From the NCBI GenBank assembly GCA_964036045.1, contig OZ038378.1:15810001-15874000 (forward strand): a stretch of 64,000 nt of DNA. The letters run 5' to 3'. This document shows, piece by piece, positions 48,950-61,800 of this stretch. Position 1 is the first letter of the stretch. Each line of letters begins with the position of its first letter. A program made the position numbers and the translations under genes. This stretch comes from Eutreptiella sp. 'Long Island Sound 2002' (taxonomy: Eukaryota; Protista; Euglenida). The notes beneath the pieces are model-generated. The model ran no database searches, had not been told where the DNA came from, and saw nothing but the letters and a program-made list of their open reading frames with translations.

Positions 48950-49990
48950 GAACTAAGTAATTGCATAGTGTTTCTTGTAGCAAAGCAGAATGCACAAGCA
49001 CTATTGTATCGATCCATGTTTCTTCCATTCAACGAAAGACTTGTACGTGAACATGATGATGAGTGCTGACACGCACCGTCACAATGGAACGTGCAACAGA
49101 ACTTGTCTCTCGGTCTCACCAAGGGCCAACCCTTGAAGCAATTTGGAGGCGCCTCCTCTGTAAGGCCCATGCTTGTATTCTTGGGGATGGAGGAAAATTG
49201 GGAAATGGTTCTCCACTTCTTAGCTAAAAAAGGAGATTGTGCCGGGCACCTATGGATTCACCGGGTCGGGGACCAACCTCAGTCTCCGGAAGCTTTGGAA
49301 ATCTTTGTTGTCAACGCACGGTGGCGTTCCACTTGGGTTAGAGTGTAAACATCCCTCACCCTCCAAATGTCATACAAACCCTCAATGCATGTCACCACGA
49401 CATGCACAACAACCCATAATGGAGGTCCACCGGGGGTCGTCACTGAGGGACATGCTCTTTGAGGCAATCCACAAATTGCCTTTGGAAGGGGGGGGGGGCT
49501 CATAAATGCCTGACGTGTCATGCTTGAGGGCTTGTTTGAATGCCTCCAAAGCTGCAATAGCTTCGCTTTACTAGGGCTCCCTCGGGGTAAGCCTTGAAGG
49601 GTGCTCTCGGGGCGTTTTGCAATTTCGTTTAGGATTCAGCACGCCGCATGTTGGTAGTCACCGGGTTGTATGCCAAGGGTGATAATTCTCAAAAATGCCC
49701 CCCATCTCGACATGGACTCCATCCCCCCTTTTTCCAACATTGCCATTGGGGTCTTTGCACAACCAACACTTAGAGCCAGCCCCACCGATTGCGTGCATCC
49801 TTTTCCCATCCCCTCTCAAAATAACAATGCAAGTCAAAAATAGCTTGTGAAATTGCAAGATTGCCTCCTCCACATTCTTCACCTCTTGATTGAATTTAGT
49901 GGGGGCATCAAGGCTTCTTAAAGAGGCTTGCTCACCCCCCCCCCCAATTCTTGCGAAACCATTACGATATCCCTCTTTCCATACGCAAAT
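48950..49990 (-). pseudogene. Transib/RAG1-core-like DDE transposase remnant
   Basis: GEQASLRSL..FNQEVKNVEEAILQF...VILRGDGKRMHAIGGAGSKCWLCK (second Asp plus CxxC), then GWSPTR*IHRCPAQS..KKWRTISQFSSIP (W..P..H..H..SE-like region). Confidence 0.5.
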
Positions 49991-51499
49991 TCCTTCGCTT
50001 GATAGTGTATTCCCCCTTTCCTCGCACGCTGGTACGCCATTGCATGTGGTAGGCGCGTTCCGCGGTCTCGGTCCGGTGGTCTTTTCGGTGCGTGCCGCGT
50101 GACCTTTGTGTGTTGGTACACGCTCGCTCCTGCGTTGCCTTCGTTCCTCCAGACCGGTTCCAGCTGCCCCCCTTCCCACCCCCCTATGCCGTTCGCGCGC
50201 ACTATGCGAGGTTCCCTTGAAGGGCGATGGTAAGGCCGTTCTATGTGGTTCGCACCCCTCTGCGTTTCCTGTTCGGGTTCGTGCTCTGTTTTTCTTGGGG
50301 TGGATGGGGTTGGCGTTGCGCCCTCTTTCCGCCCTCCATGCTTGCTCCCGTCCCCTGCTCCCGACACGACACGTGCGGCTCGTTACGGGCTAGCATGCTT
50401 CTCGACCGTCGGCGGCGGCGTTCTCGGACGACGTGGTGTCTTTTCACGTTGTCTTCTGGAGCTGTATTGGGTTCCGGCCCTCGGGCGGCTTGTCGGTTAG
50501 CTGGGGTGGGCGTGGGATGGGGGCTCCTGAGGGGAATGGGGAATGGGGAATGCTAGCCCCCCCTGTGCCTGGCGGTCCTGGCAGCCGAGTGTCGCATCAT
50601 TCCCGGGGGTGGCCGCCTTCTGTTACGCGATGGGGGGGGGGGGGGCGTAGTACGTCGCGGGGGGTGGGGGTCGTGTGGGCCCTTACCCGGCCAAGCTCCG
50701 GTGCAGTGCCCCCTGCCCTCTATCCTCCGGGGCGGGCCCTCAGTCCGGCCCGTGGCGGGGCGTTGCGGCCCAAGTGGTTTTCGCGTCTCTTGGGGGCGGC
50801 GCGGGGGGAGGCTCGTTGGGCGCCTGCCGTGGCTGTCTGTTCGTGGCGCGTGGCTTGCCGGGGGGGGGGCACGTCGCTTTGGGGGGGGAGGGGGCGTTTC
50901 TGCCCCGGGGGGGACTGGTAGCACTTCCTGGGGGCTGTATTCGGCAGTGCGCCGCCCTTTCGCCGTGCTGCCGGTCCCCCTCCTCATGGTTTGTCATCGG
51001 GGGCGGGCCCCTCCCGGGGCCCAAACGTTGACGGGGTGTGTGTTTTTTTCTTGGGTGCAGCTCGTGATGTTGCTGCGGGTCAGGGCTTGGTGTACCGGGC
51101 CGAGCGGGGCTACGAGGGGGTGGGGGAGGGCACCCTGTGCCTTCCCCCTAGGCGCGTGTCATCGCTCGGGGGGGGTAGGGGGGCCCGGTCAGCTTGGGGC
51201 GCCCAGCTATGCCAAGCGCAGGCCAACACGGCGCTCTGGGGCTGCCGTCGCCAAGGTTGGGGATGGTTAGGACCTCTTGGGTGTGGATCTCTACGGATCT
51301 TTGCTCTCGGACCATGTTGCCGGTTTCCTTTCCCGCCGGACGTGTCCTAGTGCCTCTTGAGGCATGCCGCATCCCGGAGGGCCGAAGGGCTAGCGGGCCT
51401 GGCTTGACACTCTTTGAGCCCGGTGCAAGCTCAGCTCGCGGTGTGTCAGGGTGCCCGGACTTGGGTTGTCAGGCCGAGCGGCTTCTACGCGGTGGGAGG

Positions 51500-53560
51500 G
51501 GGGGGGGCGCGAGTTTGGCCGGATGGCGTCTTGTGTTGGTCTCCTCACCCCCGGGGCGCGCCTTCACCCCCCTCATTCTTATTCCTTACTTGACGGTTTT
51601 ATTTTTGTTTCTTATGGGCGACAAAGGCTGCAACATTGTGCAAGACCAAAAAATATCCAATGCAGTGCACTCATTATCACTCGCGTTGAGTAATTCCTGC
51701 AGAGCACGTTGCGACGCACAATGCAGCATCATAATGCAGCATCATGGGGCACGCCGTGGGAGCTGGCGATATCCCAAAACATGTTGGTGGCCTCCGTGCA
51801 GATGGCACCCGCCCCGTGATGGACAAGCGTCCCTGCAAGGGCCACATTCGCCTGTTGTCGGGTGACCCTGACACCCCATCAAGGCGAGGGCCCTGTCATC
51901 CCGCACGCGTGCCTGGGATGCATCCACGGCGTATTTCGCCTTATCCTTGGCACTTGCGCAGCATGCTGGTCGAGGTACCGCGCGTTATCGGACTCGTCTG
52001 AGATGAAGGGAGCCAAATATTGTATGATACCCCCAAGCGCTTCCGTTGCCACCTGTTGGATGACCTTGAGCGGGGCGCAAGTGTTCATGCACCACTGGTG
52101 TCCTGTCGCTAGGCGCAACATGTGCTTGCGCTACAGGGCAAAGTCCCCGTCCGGCTGCAACTTGAGCCCCAGGTACGGGACAGAGTCCGTTGTTGCAACC
52201 AAATATGTGGGGTTTGAGAGGTGGGGACAGCAGCGAGCCACAGTGCTGTGACGCCTTTGGTGGAGGCCATCGAGCATTCGTGGAATTTAACTTCTGTGCC
52301 CATCATGCCGAGGCCCATGCAATAGGCTAGGTGGTGAGCCTATCATCTTTTCGTCACTTATTTTAGCCATCAGGAAAATACAATCAAAAACAGATTTTGA
52401 CAAAGAAAATCAAAGACCTATTTATGAAGCACTTTCCTCTTAATTGGTGAGGGCACAGGATCTAAGTTTAACCACCCTATTGCGGAGTAAAAAAACAAAG
52501 CCTAGTCAATGATGCCCTTGGTGTCTTGGTGATTTGTTACCGTGAGAAGGTCTTCCCCAAGACACAAGGACACAAAACAAAGACACAACGACAATATACA
52601 CTCGGCTCACGCGATCCACGGTGCTTAATGTAATCGGCGGCAAGAACTCGGATGGCGAACTGCCGGTTGTTGAAATTGTTGCGACGCAATCGGTGAGCGG
52701 AGGATGTACAAGGATGGACAAGGAGGTCTGAAACATAGACACCCAGAAAGTGTCTCGGCCACCACTTCCACGCCCCACATGAAGTCCGCCACGTCGTTGG
52801 CTACCAACAGCAGGTCGTCAATCGAGGTCGGGACAATGCGATGCCGAATAACTCCTTGGGTGCGCAGACGGAGCCCACATTCCCGAAGCAAGGGCTCAAG
52901 GAGGAGCGAGTATATCAGCAGCTCTCCGAATTGCATTGGCACACACCCTGGTGCCTATGTACGGCCTGTGTCAACCTGTGTGCCGTGACGAGGCGCAGGT
53001 GTGGTGCCGCGGGGAGATTTCTTTGCGTCCAGAGCACCTCATTCTTCTGCAACAACCCTTTCACCATTGCCTCCATGGTTTGTGCTTGCCGGCCTACACG
53101 CCTCTCCGCTCTTCATGTGCGCCCCTCGGGACTAGTGTCGCTACCGCCGCTCAACACATTGTTCACCTATTCTACCACCTCCCAAGCTCCTCTCTTTGCA
53201 AGGGCATCCTCATCCAACACTAGGGACCAGGGCCTCGTCCTAGTGTTCTGCAACTGACGGCCAGGTTAGCTAGGTTGTATTGCTTGCTTGGTGTGTGGCT
53301 TGGCCAAGCGGTCTACCGCTTTGGTTGCTTGACCCTTTGCTCCTCTTGTCTTTGGGGGTTATTGGAAAGGTCCGCCAAAGTCTCTGCTAAAACATCCGCA
53401 TCCACAACCTTCGCCGCAACCTTTGCAACCTTGACGCCCTCCATCTGGTGCGCATCTATATCACCTTTGGGCCGCAATACCCTAGTTCCTCCTGTTGCAC
53501 CTAATCTGGTACTGCATGGTCTGACCAAACCCTTGAGCTCGCTTCGAGTTCGTTTGCAAC
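51500..53560 (-). pseudogene. Non-LTR retrotransposon reverse transcriptase, unit U1 (interrupted by the SL-capped insert)
   Basis: LRPKGD..VAKVAAKV, E*VNNV..DT (subdomain 3-like), GVCQ..LLIYSLLLEPLLR, TSIDDLLLVA, PYLGLKL, thumb LGGIIQYLAP. Confidence 0.85.
52314..52753 (-). other. 440-bp insert beginning with a spliced-leader-like sequence (candidate retrocopied trans-spliced RNA)
   Basis: Starts ACACTTTCTGGGTGTCTATGTTTCAG exactly at the breakpoint. Compared with U2 (ccgagg-ta-ctcggcc) it replaces 2 nt; no TSD and no poly(A). Confidence 0.7.
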
Positions 53561-53672
53561 ATCACTTTGCACGAAGAGGTGGCCCATTTTAGTCTCAATG
53601 CATGTAGCTATGCTAGGCATATTCATGCCCAAACCGGTGACCGCCAAGCCTCATCAAACATCTTTAGAGTAG

Positions 53673-56600
53673 GAGGCCATGACAGCTTTGGAGGGAGCCA
53701 TGGGGCAAGAGGTCACCCTCAAGGCAAAGGTGGACACTTTGCTCAAGAGGGTGGTGGTGCTTGAGCAAGATAAGACTTTCTTGCGGGGCCCCATCAGCAG
53801 AATGCAAGGTGCAACCTCCACACCGGGTGGAGCTTCGGCTTCTAGGTCGCAACGCATATTCCCTGTGTTCATTGCATGGCATTTTAACCACACAGCATAA
53901 TTCTTGGTTTAAGGTGGACCTCCACACCTGCTTCGAAAACACTTGCATTCAACTGTCCCCATAAAGTGACACAACATGAAGCGTTTTGTAAATATACTTG
54001 CTCTTGCAATCGGGTTGGCCATCTTTGACGGCGGACAACGCCGGAGCAGCCCACTCCACAAGAGGATAGGCATCGTTTAAAGTCCCAGGCGCTCTTGCTA
54101 AAAGATGGTTCACGTGTTAGTGGGTTGGGGTTGGCTAGCGCCCGCACCATCCCTGCTTCTATTGCAGCTGCACAAGAGAGCACAAATAGGAGACATGCAC
54201 CACACACGTTTCATGCACGTTGATGCATGCATGGAATGTGCTTGGCACCACATCGCATGTCGAAAAAGGGAACTTGGAATTCCTTGATATGTCAAACCTT
54301 CCACATTGCGCGACCGGGAAGTCAAACAAATAAATGGCTTTATGGGTCCACCTCTCTGTTTTGGGAAGTGGCGTCCCTGTCCCACGAGGATCCCACCCTC
54401 CCACTGATACCAAAGCCATAGTACAGCACAGGGTGTAGTTTAGCACTCCGATGTCTTCCCGTAGTGCTTGTTCGTGAAAGGTCCATAATCATGAGTCAGG
54501 TTGTGCGCCCTGTGCCCCCCCCTCCCCCCGGGTGGAACATACAAGGGTTGTGCTGGTCGAGGCATTGTCAATTATGCTGCGAACTGCACATCTGCTACCC
54601 GGTCCCGCGGCTCAAAGCATGCAGAGCATCAACAAGGGCAGCAATGGCAAACAAGCCACGAAAGAAAAGCCGAAGAGGGGGCGTGTCGGCCAGCGCAGTG
54701 GGGCTACACAAATTTCGTGCCCCACCACCACCACCGGTGCAAAGGCGCCTGGTCGAGGTCACATCCATAGACATGGGAGTCGTCTATCACAAGGCAGAGC
54801 GAGCCACAACATATATAAGAGGGCTAGGCATGAGACTCACGCTAGCAACAATTCATGTGCGGTGATGGACGTACATAGGTGATGCATGTGCTTTGCCCCA
54901 CATGGCATTTCGTAAAATCGAACCAAGAAGCCCCAGGCGGCAACTAGGATGTCGGTTTCTTTCCATTAAGTGTGACCAAGTAGTCAACATGGAAGTGGCT
55001 GTTGGTCCCATGGTACCACAAGTCACTTGCGGGGCATAAGCACATGTTGGGGAGTTTGGACCCGATTCAAAACAGCCCCACTTTCCGTCAAGACGCTACA
55101 TGCAGGCGCACTTGGTTTGTAGACACCCAGTCGGTTTTCCGTTCTGGCGTGCCAGGAGAAGGACTCTTTGGTATGATTACATGAGCGGTTTTGTCATTCT
55201 CTGTGGATTGTGACCCTTGCCTTGCAACCGACATCTGGGGGACCGAATCGAAGATAGGCAGCACAAGCTCTGCCATAGTATCTCCCAAAGACAAGGGTAC
55301 CCGCAGGTGCCCGACACAATACGGTGCAACATGTGGATGTTCGTAGTAGCTCCCATTGGCTCTTCGGAGACGACAAATGGTGGTGTTGGTTCAGGCCACC
55401 AAACACGTTGCGGTGGCCAAAGATAGGGGTGATCCCCCAGGTCTTCTTCCCTTGGTGCGGTGTCTCTCGCCCCATTCATCCTTTGAATGACACCAACGTC
55501 AACCGGTTGAGTGTCATGGTTGACATTACATTTACAAGTACCTCCGTTACGTCAATTTACCATGGGTTACGTGCGGGCGGGGGGGGGGGGGTCTGGCTAG
55601 ATGGCGTCTTGTGTTTGTCTTCCCACCCCGTGGGCCGCGCCTTCGGCTCCCTCCTTCTTATTCCTCACTTGACGGTCTTCGTTTTGTTCATATGGGCTGC
55701 GTGGCATCTCAACAGGGGTTGCAACATTGTGCAAGACAAAAAACAAATCCAATACAGTGCACTCATCATCGCTCAAGTCAAGTAGTCCTTGCAGAGTTAC
55801 ACGCTGCGACGCAAAGTGCTACATCACCGGGCACGTTGTGGGAGCTAGCAGTGTCTGAAAACATGTTCGCGGCCTCCGTGCGGACGGAACCCGCGCCGTG
55901 ATTGACAATGGTCCCTACAAGGGCCACAGCCGCCTGTTGGTGGGTCACCCTGACACCCCATCAGGGCAAGCGACCTATGGTCCCACACGCTGGCCTGGGA
56001 TGCATCGACGGCGTATTTCACTGTATCCTTGGCACTTGTTCAGCAAGCTGGTCCACCTACTGCATGGTATCCGATTCGTGCGAGATGAAGGGAGCCACGT
56101 ACTGCATGATACCCCCCATCACTCCCATGACCACCTCTTGGATGACCTTGAGCGGGGCAAAATTGTTCATGCACCACTGGTGTCCTGCTACTAGGCGCAA
56201 CATGTGCTTGCACTACAGGGCAAATTCTCCTTCCGGCTACAGCTTGAGCCCTAGGTACGGGATAGAGTCCGCAGGGGCCACCCAATCTCTATGGTTTGAG
56301 AGGTGCGGACAAAAGCGCAGGTAGAGTGCTATGACCCCTTTGGCGGTGGCCATCGCACATTTGTGCAATTTGACTTCCATGCCCATCATGCCGAGGTACT
56401 CGGCCACCGCTTCCACGCCCCACACGAAGTCCGCCAGGTCCCGGGCTACCAACCACAGGTCGTCGATGGAGCCATGTACCAGGCCATGCTCGTCCCCTCC
56501 TTGGGGGCGCAAACGGAGCCCACGCGCCCGAAGCAAGCGCTCTAGTAGGTGCGAGTGTAGCATTGCCTCCATGGTTTATGCCTGCTGGCCTACACGCCTC

Positions 56601-57376
56601 TCCGCTCTTCCTCCGGGCCCCTCGGCACTAGTGTCAACGCAGGCGCTCAATACATTGTTGATCTATTCTACCACCTCCCAAACACTTCTCTTTGCACGAG
56701 CCTCCTCATCCAACACTACGGACCACGGCCTCGTCCTAGTGTCCCGCAACTGACGGCCAGGTTGGCTGGGTGGTATTGCTTGCCTGGTGTGTGGCTTGGC
56801 CAAGAGGGCTTCCGCTTTGGTTGCTTGACCCTTGCCTCCTCGAGTCTTGGGGTGTTGTTGGGGAAGGTCCTCCAAAGTCTCTGCCGAAACATTCGCATCC
56901 ACAACCTTGGCCGCAACTCTTGCAACCTTGACACCCTCCATCTGGTGCGCATCTATATCACCTTTAGGCCGCAACCCAGTCCCTCCTGTTGCACCTAATC
57001 TGGTATTGCATGGTCTGACCAAACCCCTGAGCTTGCTTCAAGTTCGTTTGCAGCCTCACTTTGCACGAAGAGGTGGCCCAATTAAGTCTCAGTGCATGTA
57101 GCTATGCTCGGCAACTTCATGCCCAAACCGGTGACCGCCAAGCCTCCTCATACATCTTTAGAGTAGGAGGCCATGACAGCTTTGGAGGGAGCCATGGGGC
57201 AAGAGGTCACCCTCAAGGCAAAGGTGGACATCTCTGTGACGTCGGACAACCCCAGAGCAGCCCACTCCACAAGAGGATAGGCATCGTTTAAAGTCCCAGG
57301 CGCTCTTGCTAAAGGATGGTTAGGGTGTTAGTAGGTTGGGGTTGGCTAGTGCCCGCACCATCCCTGCTTGTATTGC
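53673..57376. repeat. 3.7-kb near-identical segmental duplication, copy 1
   Basis: Paired ORFs constantly offset by 5226 bp (54464/59690, 56237/61463). Confidence 0.96.
55850..57022 (-). pseudogene. Non-LTR RT unit U2 (internally deleted)
   Basis: GSIDDLWLVA, GMEVKLHKC, PYLGLKL. The QG-containing subdomain 4 present in U1 is deleted (TMEAM joined to LHSHLLERLLR). Confidence 0.88.
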
Positions 57377-58379
57377 GGGGTCATGCCTTATGCGGGAGCG
57401 GCTCAAGAGGCACCTGACATAGGGCAGTGGGAGGGACAGGACGTCCCCTTGGTAAGACCTTCTTCCTGCATTGTTAAAGGAGGCATCCGGGGCTCCCGAA
57501 GATGTTGTGGTTTGTTTCTTGGGAACTCTCTTGTACTCCTGTGCCTCTTGTTTCTCAAAATCAGAAACTCAAATCGACAAACCTCGCAGGATCTTTGGAC
57601 GGGGCACCAATACATAGCACAAATTCGAAGACAAAAACCCTGTCCAGAGATCGAAGTATCTTACAGCGCTTCATTCACACAGTTGGCATTCGATGCTTCT
57701 TAAGTATTCACAGACAGCAGTGCAATTGCGACACCTATGATTTTAAATCTCGTTTCGTCACATAACTCAGTATCTTGGCATTTTTGCAAACAGCATGGAA
57801 ATCTCTACATGACTGTGCAGTCGATTTTCGAAAATTCAAATCTTTTGGAGAATCCATTTCTGATCTGGCATCGCACTCACTAAGGAGTTCCCGTAATCGC
57901 AGATTCATTCGCGATTTAGCGGCAGCGACGCGAGCGTAAATAGTTAGTTTGGTCGATTTAGGGCGTACCTTTCACGGCACGCAGGAACAGAGCATATGAG
58001 GTTGCGTAACTAAGCATACTCGACATCCTGAGCACATTTCTGGTCCCCTGTCCTGCCCTGCCGTAACGTTATAGGCAATTTTCATCCTTTGTCCCCTCTT
58101 CCACAGTAGCGAAAGGAGGACCAAAGAAAGAGATGCCCCTAGCGAGTGTGAGCGAGCCCTTTGGTGGCAGGAGATGGTAGAAGAATCCTTATTCCATTCC
58201 TTGTTCACTTGACCAATCCAGCAAGCCCTTCAAAAAATAAAGTCAGGCGAAGAAAGACCTCCCGACTCAGTGTCTCCAAAAACGGCTCCAACTCCTGTTC
58301 GTGTTCAACCGATATGTGAGCCACATATCGGTGCAACTTCGTTGGCCACTCCTGCTTGAACAGTATCCCGACGTCCTGT

Positions 58380-58485
58380 AGAGAACCATACAATGAAATG
58401 GATAAATTCCTCATTGTAGAGCATTTCCTTGGCTGAAACATGTCTGCATGGCAGGTGTAATGCACTATCATGGGGAGAACAGAGA
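58380..58485 (-). pseudogene. Degenerate SWIM zinc-finger-like fragment (MULE-type)
   Basis: LCSPHDSALHLPCRHVSAKEMLYNEEFIHFIVW resembles CxC..LPCxH...IHxRW; second Cys replaced by Pro. Confidence 0.3.
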
Positions 58486-58898
58486 ATAGTGAGCGAAGGG
58501 CGGGTGGATAAAAGGAGGTGGAGGGGGTGAAGTATAGAAAGAGGGAGCAGCCCTTAATGTGTGTTTAGAAGCCACCGTCGGTCCCCGCCCCTATCAAAAT
58601 TCTCGAGTTTTCTCGGGTTTTGCTGCCGCATGTTTCTATACCATCCTTTACACGTTTAACTCCGATAGTTATAGCTTGGTATATCAGGTTGTGTATCACC
58701 AAACTTAGGCGATTAACTCCAATGACCCTAAATTGGGTGGTGCGTTGCAGCTAGGAGGTTTGTCCCCGGTGTCATTTCCGTCATTGTTTGATTCCATCTT
58801 GACCAATCTGCCAACTTTGATGACCTAATTTGACAGCCCAACCTGCGACAAATATTGTTTACACCTACCTTGTGATTGTCAAATCTTCTTGGCGGACC

Positions 58899-61800
58899 GA
58901 GGCCATGACAGCTTTGGAGGGAGCCATGGGGCAAGAGGTCACCCTCAAGGCAAAGGTGGACACTTTGCTCAAGAGGGTGGTGGTGCTTGAGCAAGATAAG
59001 ACTTTCTTGCGGGGCCCCATCAGCAGAATGCAAGGTGCAACCCCCACACCGGGTGGAGCTTCGGCTTCTAGGTCGCAATGCATATTCCCTGCGTTCATTG
59101 CATGGCATTTTAACCACACAGCATAATTCTTGGCTTAAGGTGGACCTCCACACCTGCTTCGAAAACACTTGCATTCAACGGTCCCCATAAAGTGACACAA
59201 CATGAAGCGTTTTGTAAATATACTTGCTCTTGCAATCGGGTTGGCCATCTTTGACGGCGGACAACGCCGGAGCAGCCCACTCCACAAGAGGATAGGCATC
59301 GTTTAAAGTCCCAGGCGCTCTTGCTAAAAGATGGTTCAGGTGTTAGTGGGTTGGGGTTGGCTAGCGCCCGCACCATCCCTGCTTCTATTGCAGCCGCACA
59401 AGAGAGCACAAATAGGAGACATGCACCACACACGTTTCATGCACGTTGATGCATGCATGGAATGTGCTTGGCACCACATCGCATGTCGAAAAAGGGAACT
59501 TGGAATTCCTTGATATGTCAAACCTTCCACATTGCGCGACCGGGAAGTCAAACAAATAAATGGCTTTATGGGTCCACCTCTCTGTTCTGGGAAGTGGCGT
59601 CCCTGTCCCACGAGGATCCCACCCTCCCACTGATACCAAAGCCATAGTACAGCACAGGGTGTAGTTTAGCACTCCGATGTCTTCCCGTAGTGCTTGTTCG
59701 TGAAAGGTCCATAATCATGAGTCAGGTTGTGCGCCCTGTGCCCCCCCCTCCCCCCGGGTGGAACATACAAGGGTTGTGCTGGTCGAGGCATTGTCAATTA
59801 TGCTGCGAACTGCACATCTGCTACCCGGTCCCGCGGCTCAAAGCATGCAGAGCATCAACAAGGGCAGCAATGGCAAACAAGCCACGAAAGAAAAGCCGAA
59901 GAGGGGGCGTGTCGGCCAGCGCAGTGGGGCTACACAAATTTCGTGCCCCACCACCACCACCGGTGCAAAGGCGCCTGGTCGAGGTCACATCCATAGACAT
60001 GGGAGTCGTCTATCACAAGGCAGAGCGAGCCACAACATATATAAGAGGGCTAGGCATGAGAGTCACGCTAGCAACAATTCATGTGCGGTGATGGACGTAC
60101 ATAGGTGATGCATGTGCTTTGCCCCACATGGCATTTCGTAAAATCGAACCAAGAAGCCCCAGGCGGCAACTAGGAAGTCGGTTTCTTTCCATTAAGTGTG
60201 ACCAAATAGTCAACATGGAAGTGGCTGTTGGTCCCATGGTACCACAAGTCACTTGCGGGGAATAAGCACATGTTGGGGAGTTTGGACCCGATTCAAAACA
60301 GCCCCACTTTCCGTCAAGACGCTACATGCAGGCGCACTTGGTTTGTAGACACCCAGTCGGTTTTCCGTTCTGGCGTGCCAGGAGAAGGACTCTTTGGTAT
60401 GATTACATGAGCGGTTTTGTCATTCTCTGTGGATTGTGACCCTTGCCTTGCAACCGACATCTGGGGGACCGAATCGAAGATAGGCAGCACAAGCTCTGCC
60501 ATAGTATCTCCCAAAGACAAGGGTACCCGCAGGTGCCCGACACAATACGGTGCAACATGTGGATGTTCGTAGTAGCTCCCATTGGCTCTTCGGAGACGAC
60601 AAATGGTGGTGTTGGTTCAGGCCACCAAACACGTTGCGGTGGCCAAAGATAGGGGTGATCCCCCAAGTCTTCTTCCCTTGGTGCGGTCTCTCTCGCCCCA
60701 TTCATCCTTTGAATGACACCAACGTCAACCGGTTGAGTGTCATGGTTGACATTACATTTACAAGTACCTCCGTTACGTCAATTTACCATGGGTTACGTGC
60801 GGGCGGGGGGGGGGGGGTCTGGCCAGATGGCGTCTTGTGTTTGTCTTCCCACCCCGTGGGCCGCGCCTTCGGCTCCCTCCTTCTTATTCCTCACTTGACG
60901 GTCTTCGTTTTGTTCATATGGGCTGCGTGGCATCTCAACAGGGGTTGCAACATTGTGCAAGACAAAAAACAAATCCAATATAGTGCACTCATCATCGCTC
61001 AAGTCAAGTAGTCCTTGCAGAGTTACACGCTGCGACGCAAAGTGCTACATCACCGGGCACGTTGTGGGAGCTAGCAGTGTCTGAAAACATGTTCGCGGCC
61101 TCCGTGCGGACGGAACCCGCGCCGTGATTGACAAGGGTCCCTACAAGGGCCACAGCCGCCTGTTGGTGGGTCACCCTGACACCCCATCAGGGCAAGCGAC
61201 CTATGGTCCCACACGCTGGCCTGGGATGCATCGACGGCGTATTTCACTGTATCCTTGGCACTTGTTCAGCAAGCTGGTCCACCTACTGCATGGTATCCGA
61301 TTCGTGCGAGATGAAGGGAGCCACGTACTGCATGATACCCCCCATCACTCCCATGACCACCTCTTGGATGACCTTGAGCGGGGCAAAATTGTTCATGCAC
61401 CACTGGTGTCCTGCTGCTAGGCGCAACATGTGCTTGCACTACAGGGCAAAGTCTCCTTCCGGCTACAGCTTGAGCCCTAGGTACGGGATAGAGTCCGCAG
61501 GGGCCACCCAATCTCTATGGTTTGAGAGGTGCGGACAAAAGCGCAGGTAGAGTGCTATGACCCCTTTGGCGGTGGCCATCGCACATTTGTGCAATTTGAC
61601 TTCCATGCCCATCATGCCGAGGTACTCGGCCACCGCTTCCACGCCCCACACGAAGTCCGCCAGGTCCCGGGCTACCAACCACAGGTCGTCGATGGAGCCC
61701 TGTACCAGGCCATGCTCGTCCCCTCCTTGGGGGCGCAAACGGAGCCCACGCGCCCGAAGCAAGCGCTCTAGTAGGTGCGAGTGTAGCATTGCCTCCATGT

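Noticed and set aside
52620-52690. Kelch-like peptide LNVIGGKNSDGELPVVE on the plus strand
   Set aside because: Single short motif, antisense to the SL-capped orientation; likely chance.
52611-52727. Canonical 117-bp cis-spliced exon (tttcAG ... GTgagc)
   Set aside because: The apparent acceptor is the 3' end of the SL-like sequence, and the piece lies inside an RT insertion; the retrocopy explanation fits better.
53679-53900. Coiled-coil gag/ORF1-like peptide on the plus strand (MTALEGAMGQEVTLKAKV...)
   Set aside because: Short, bounded by stops and antisense to the adjacent RT; cannot be distinguished from a shadow frame.
55120-55130. Third SL-like match CTGGGTGTCTA (also at 60346)
   Set aside because: Only 11 nt, internal to a repeat, with non-matching flanks.
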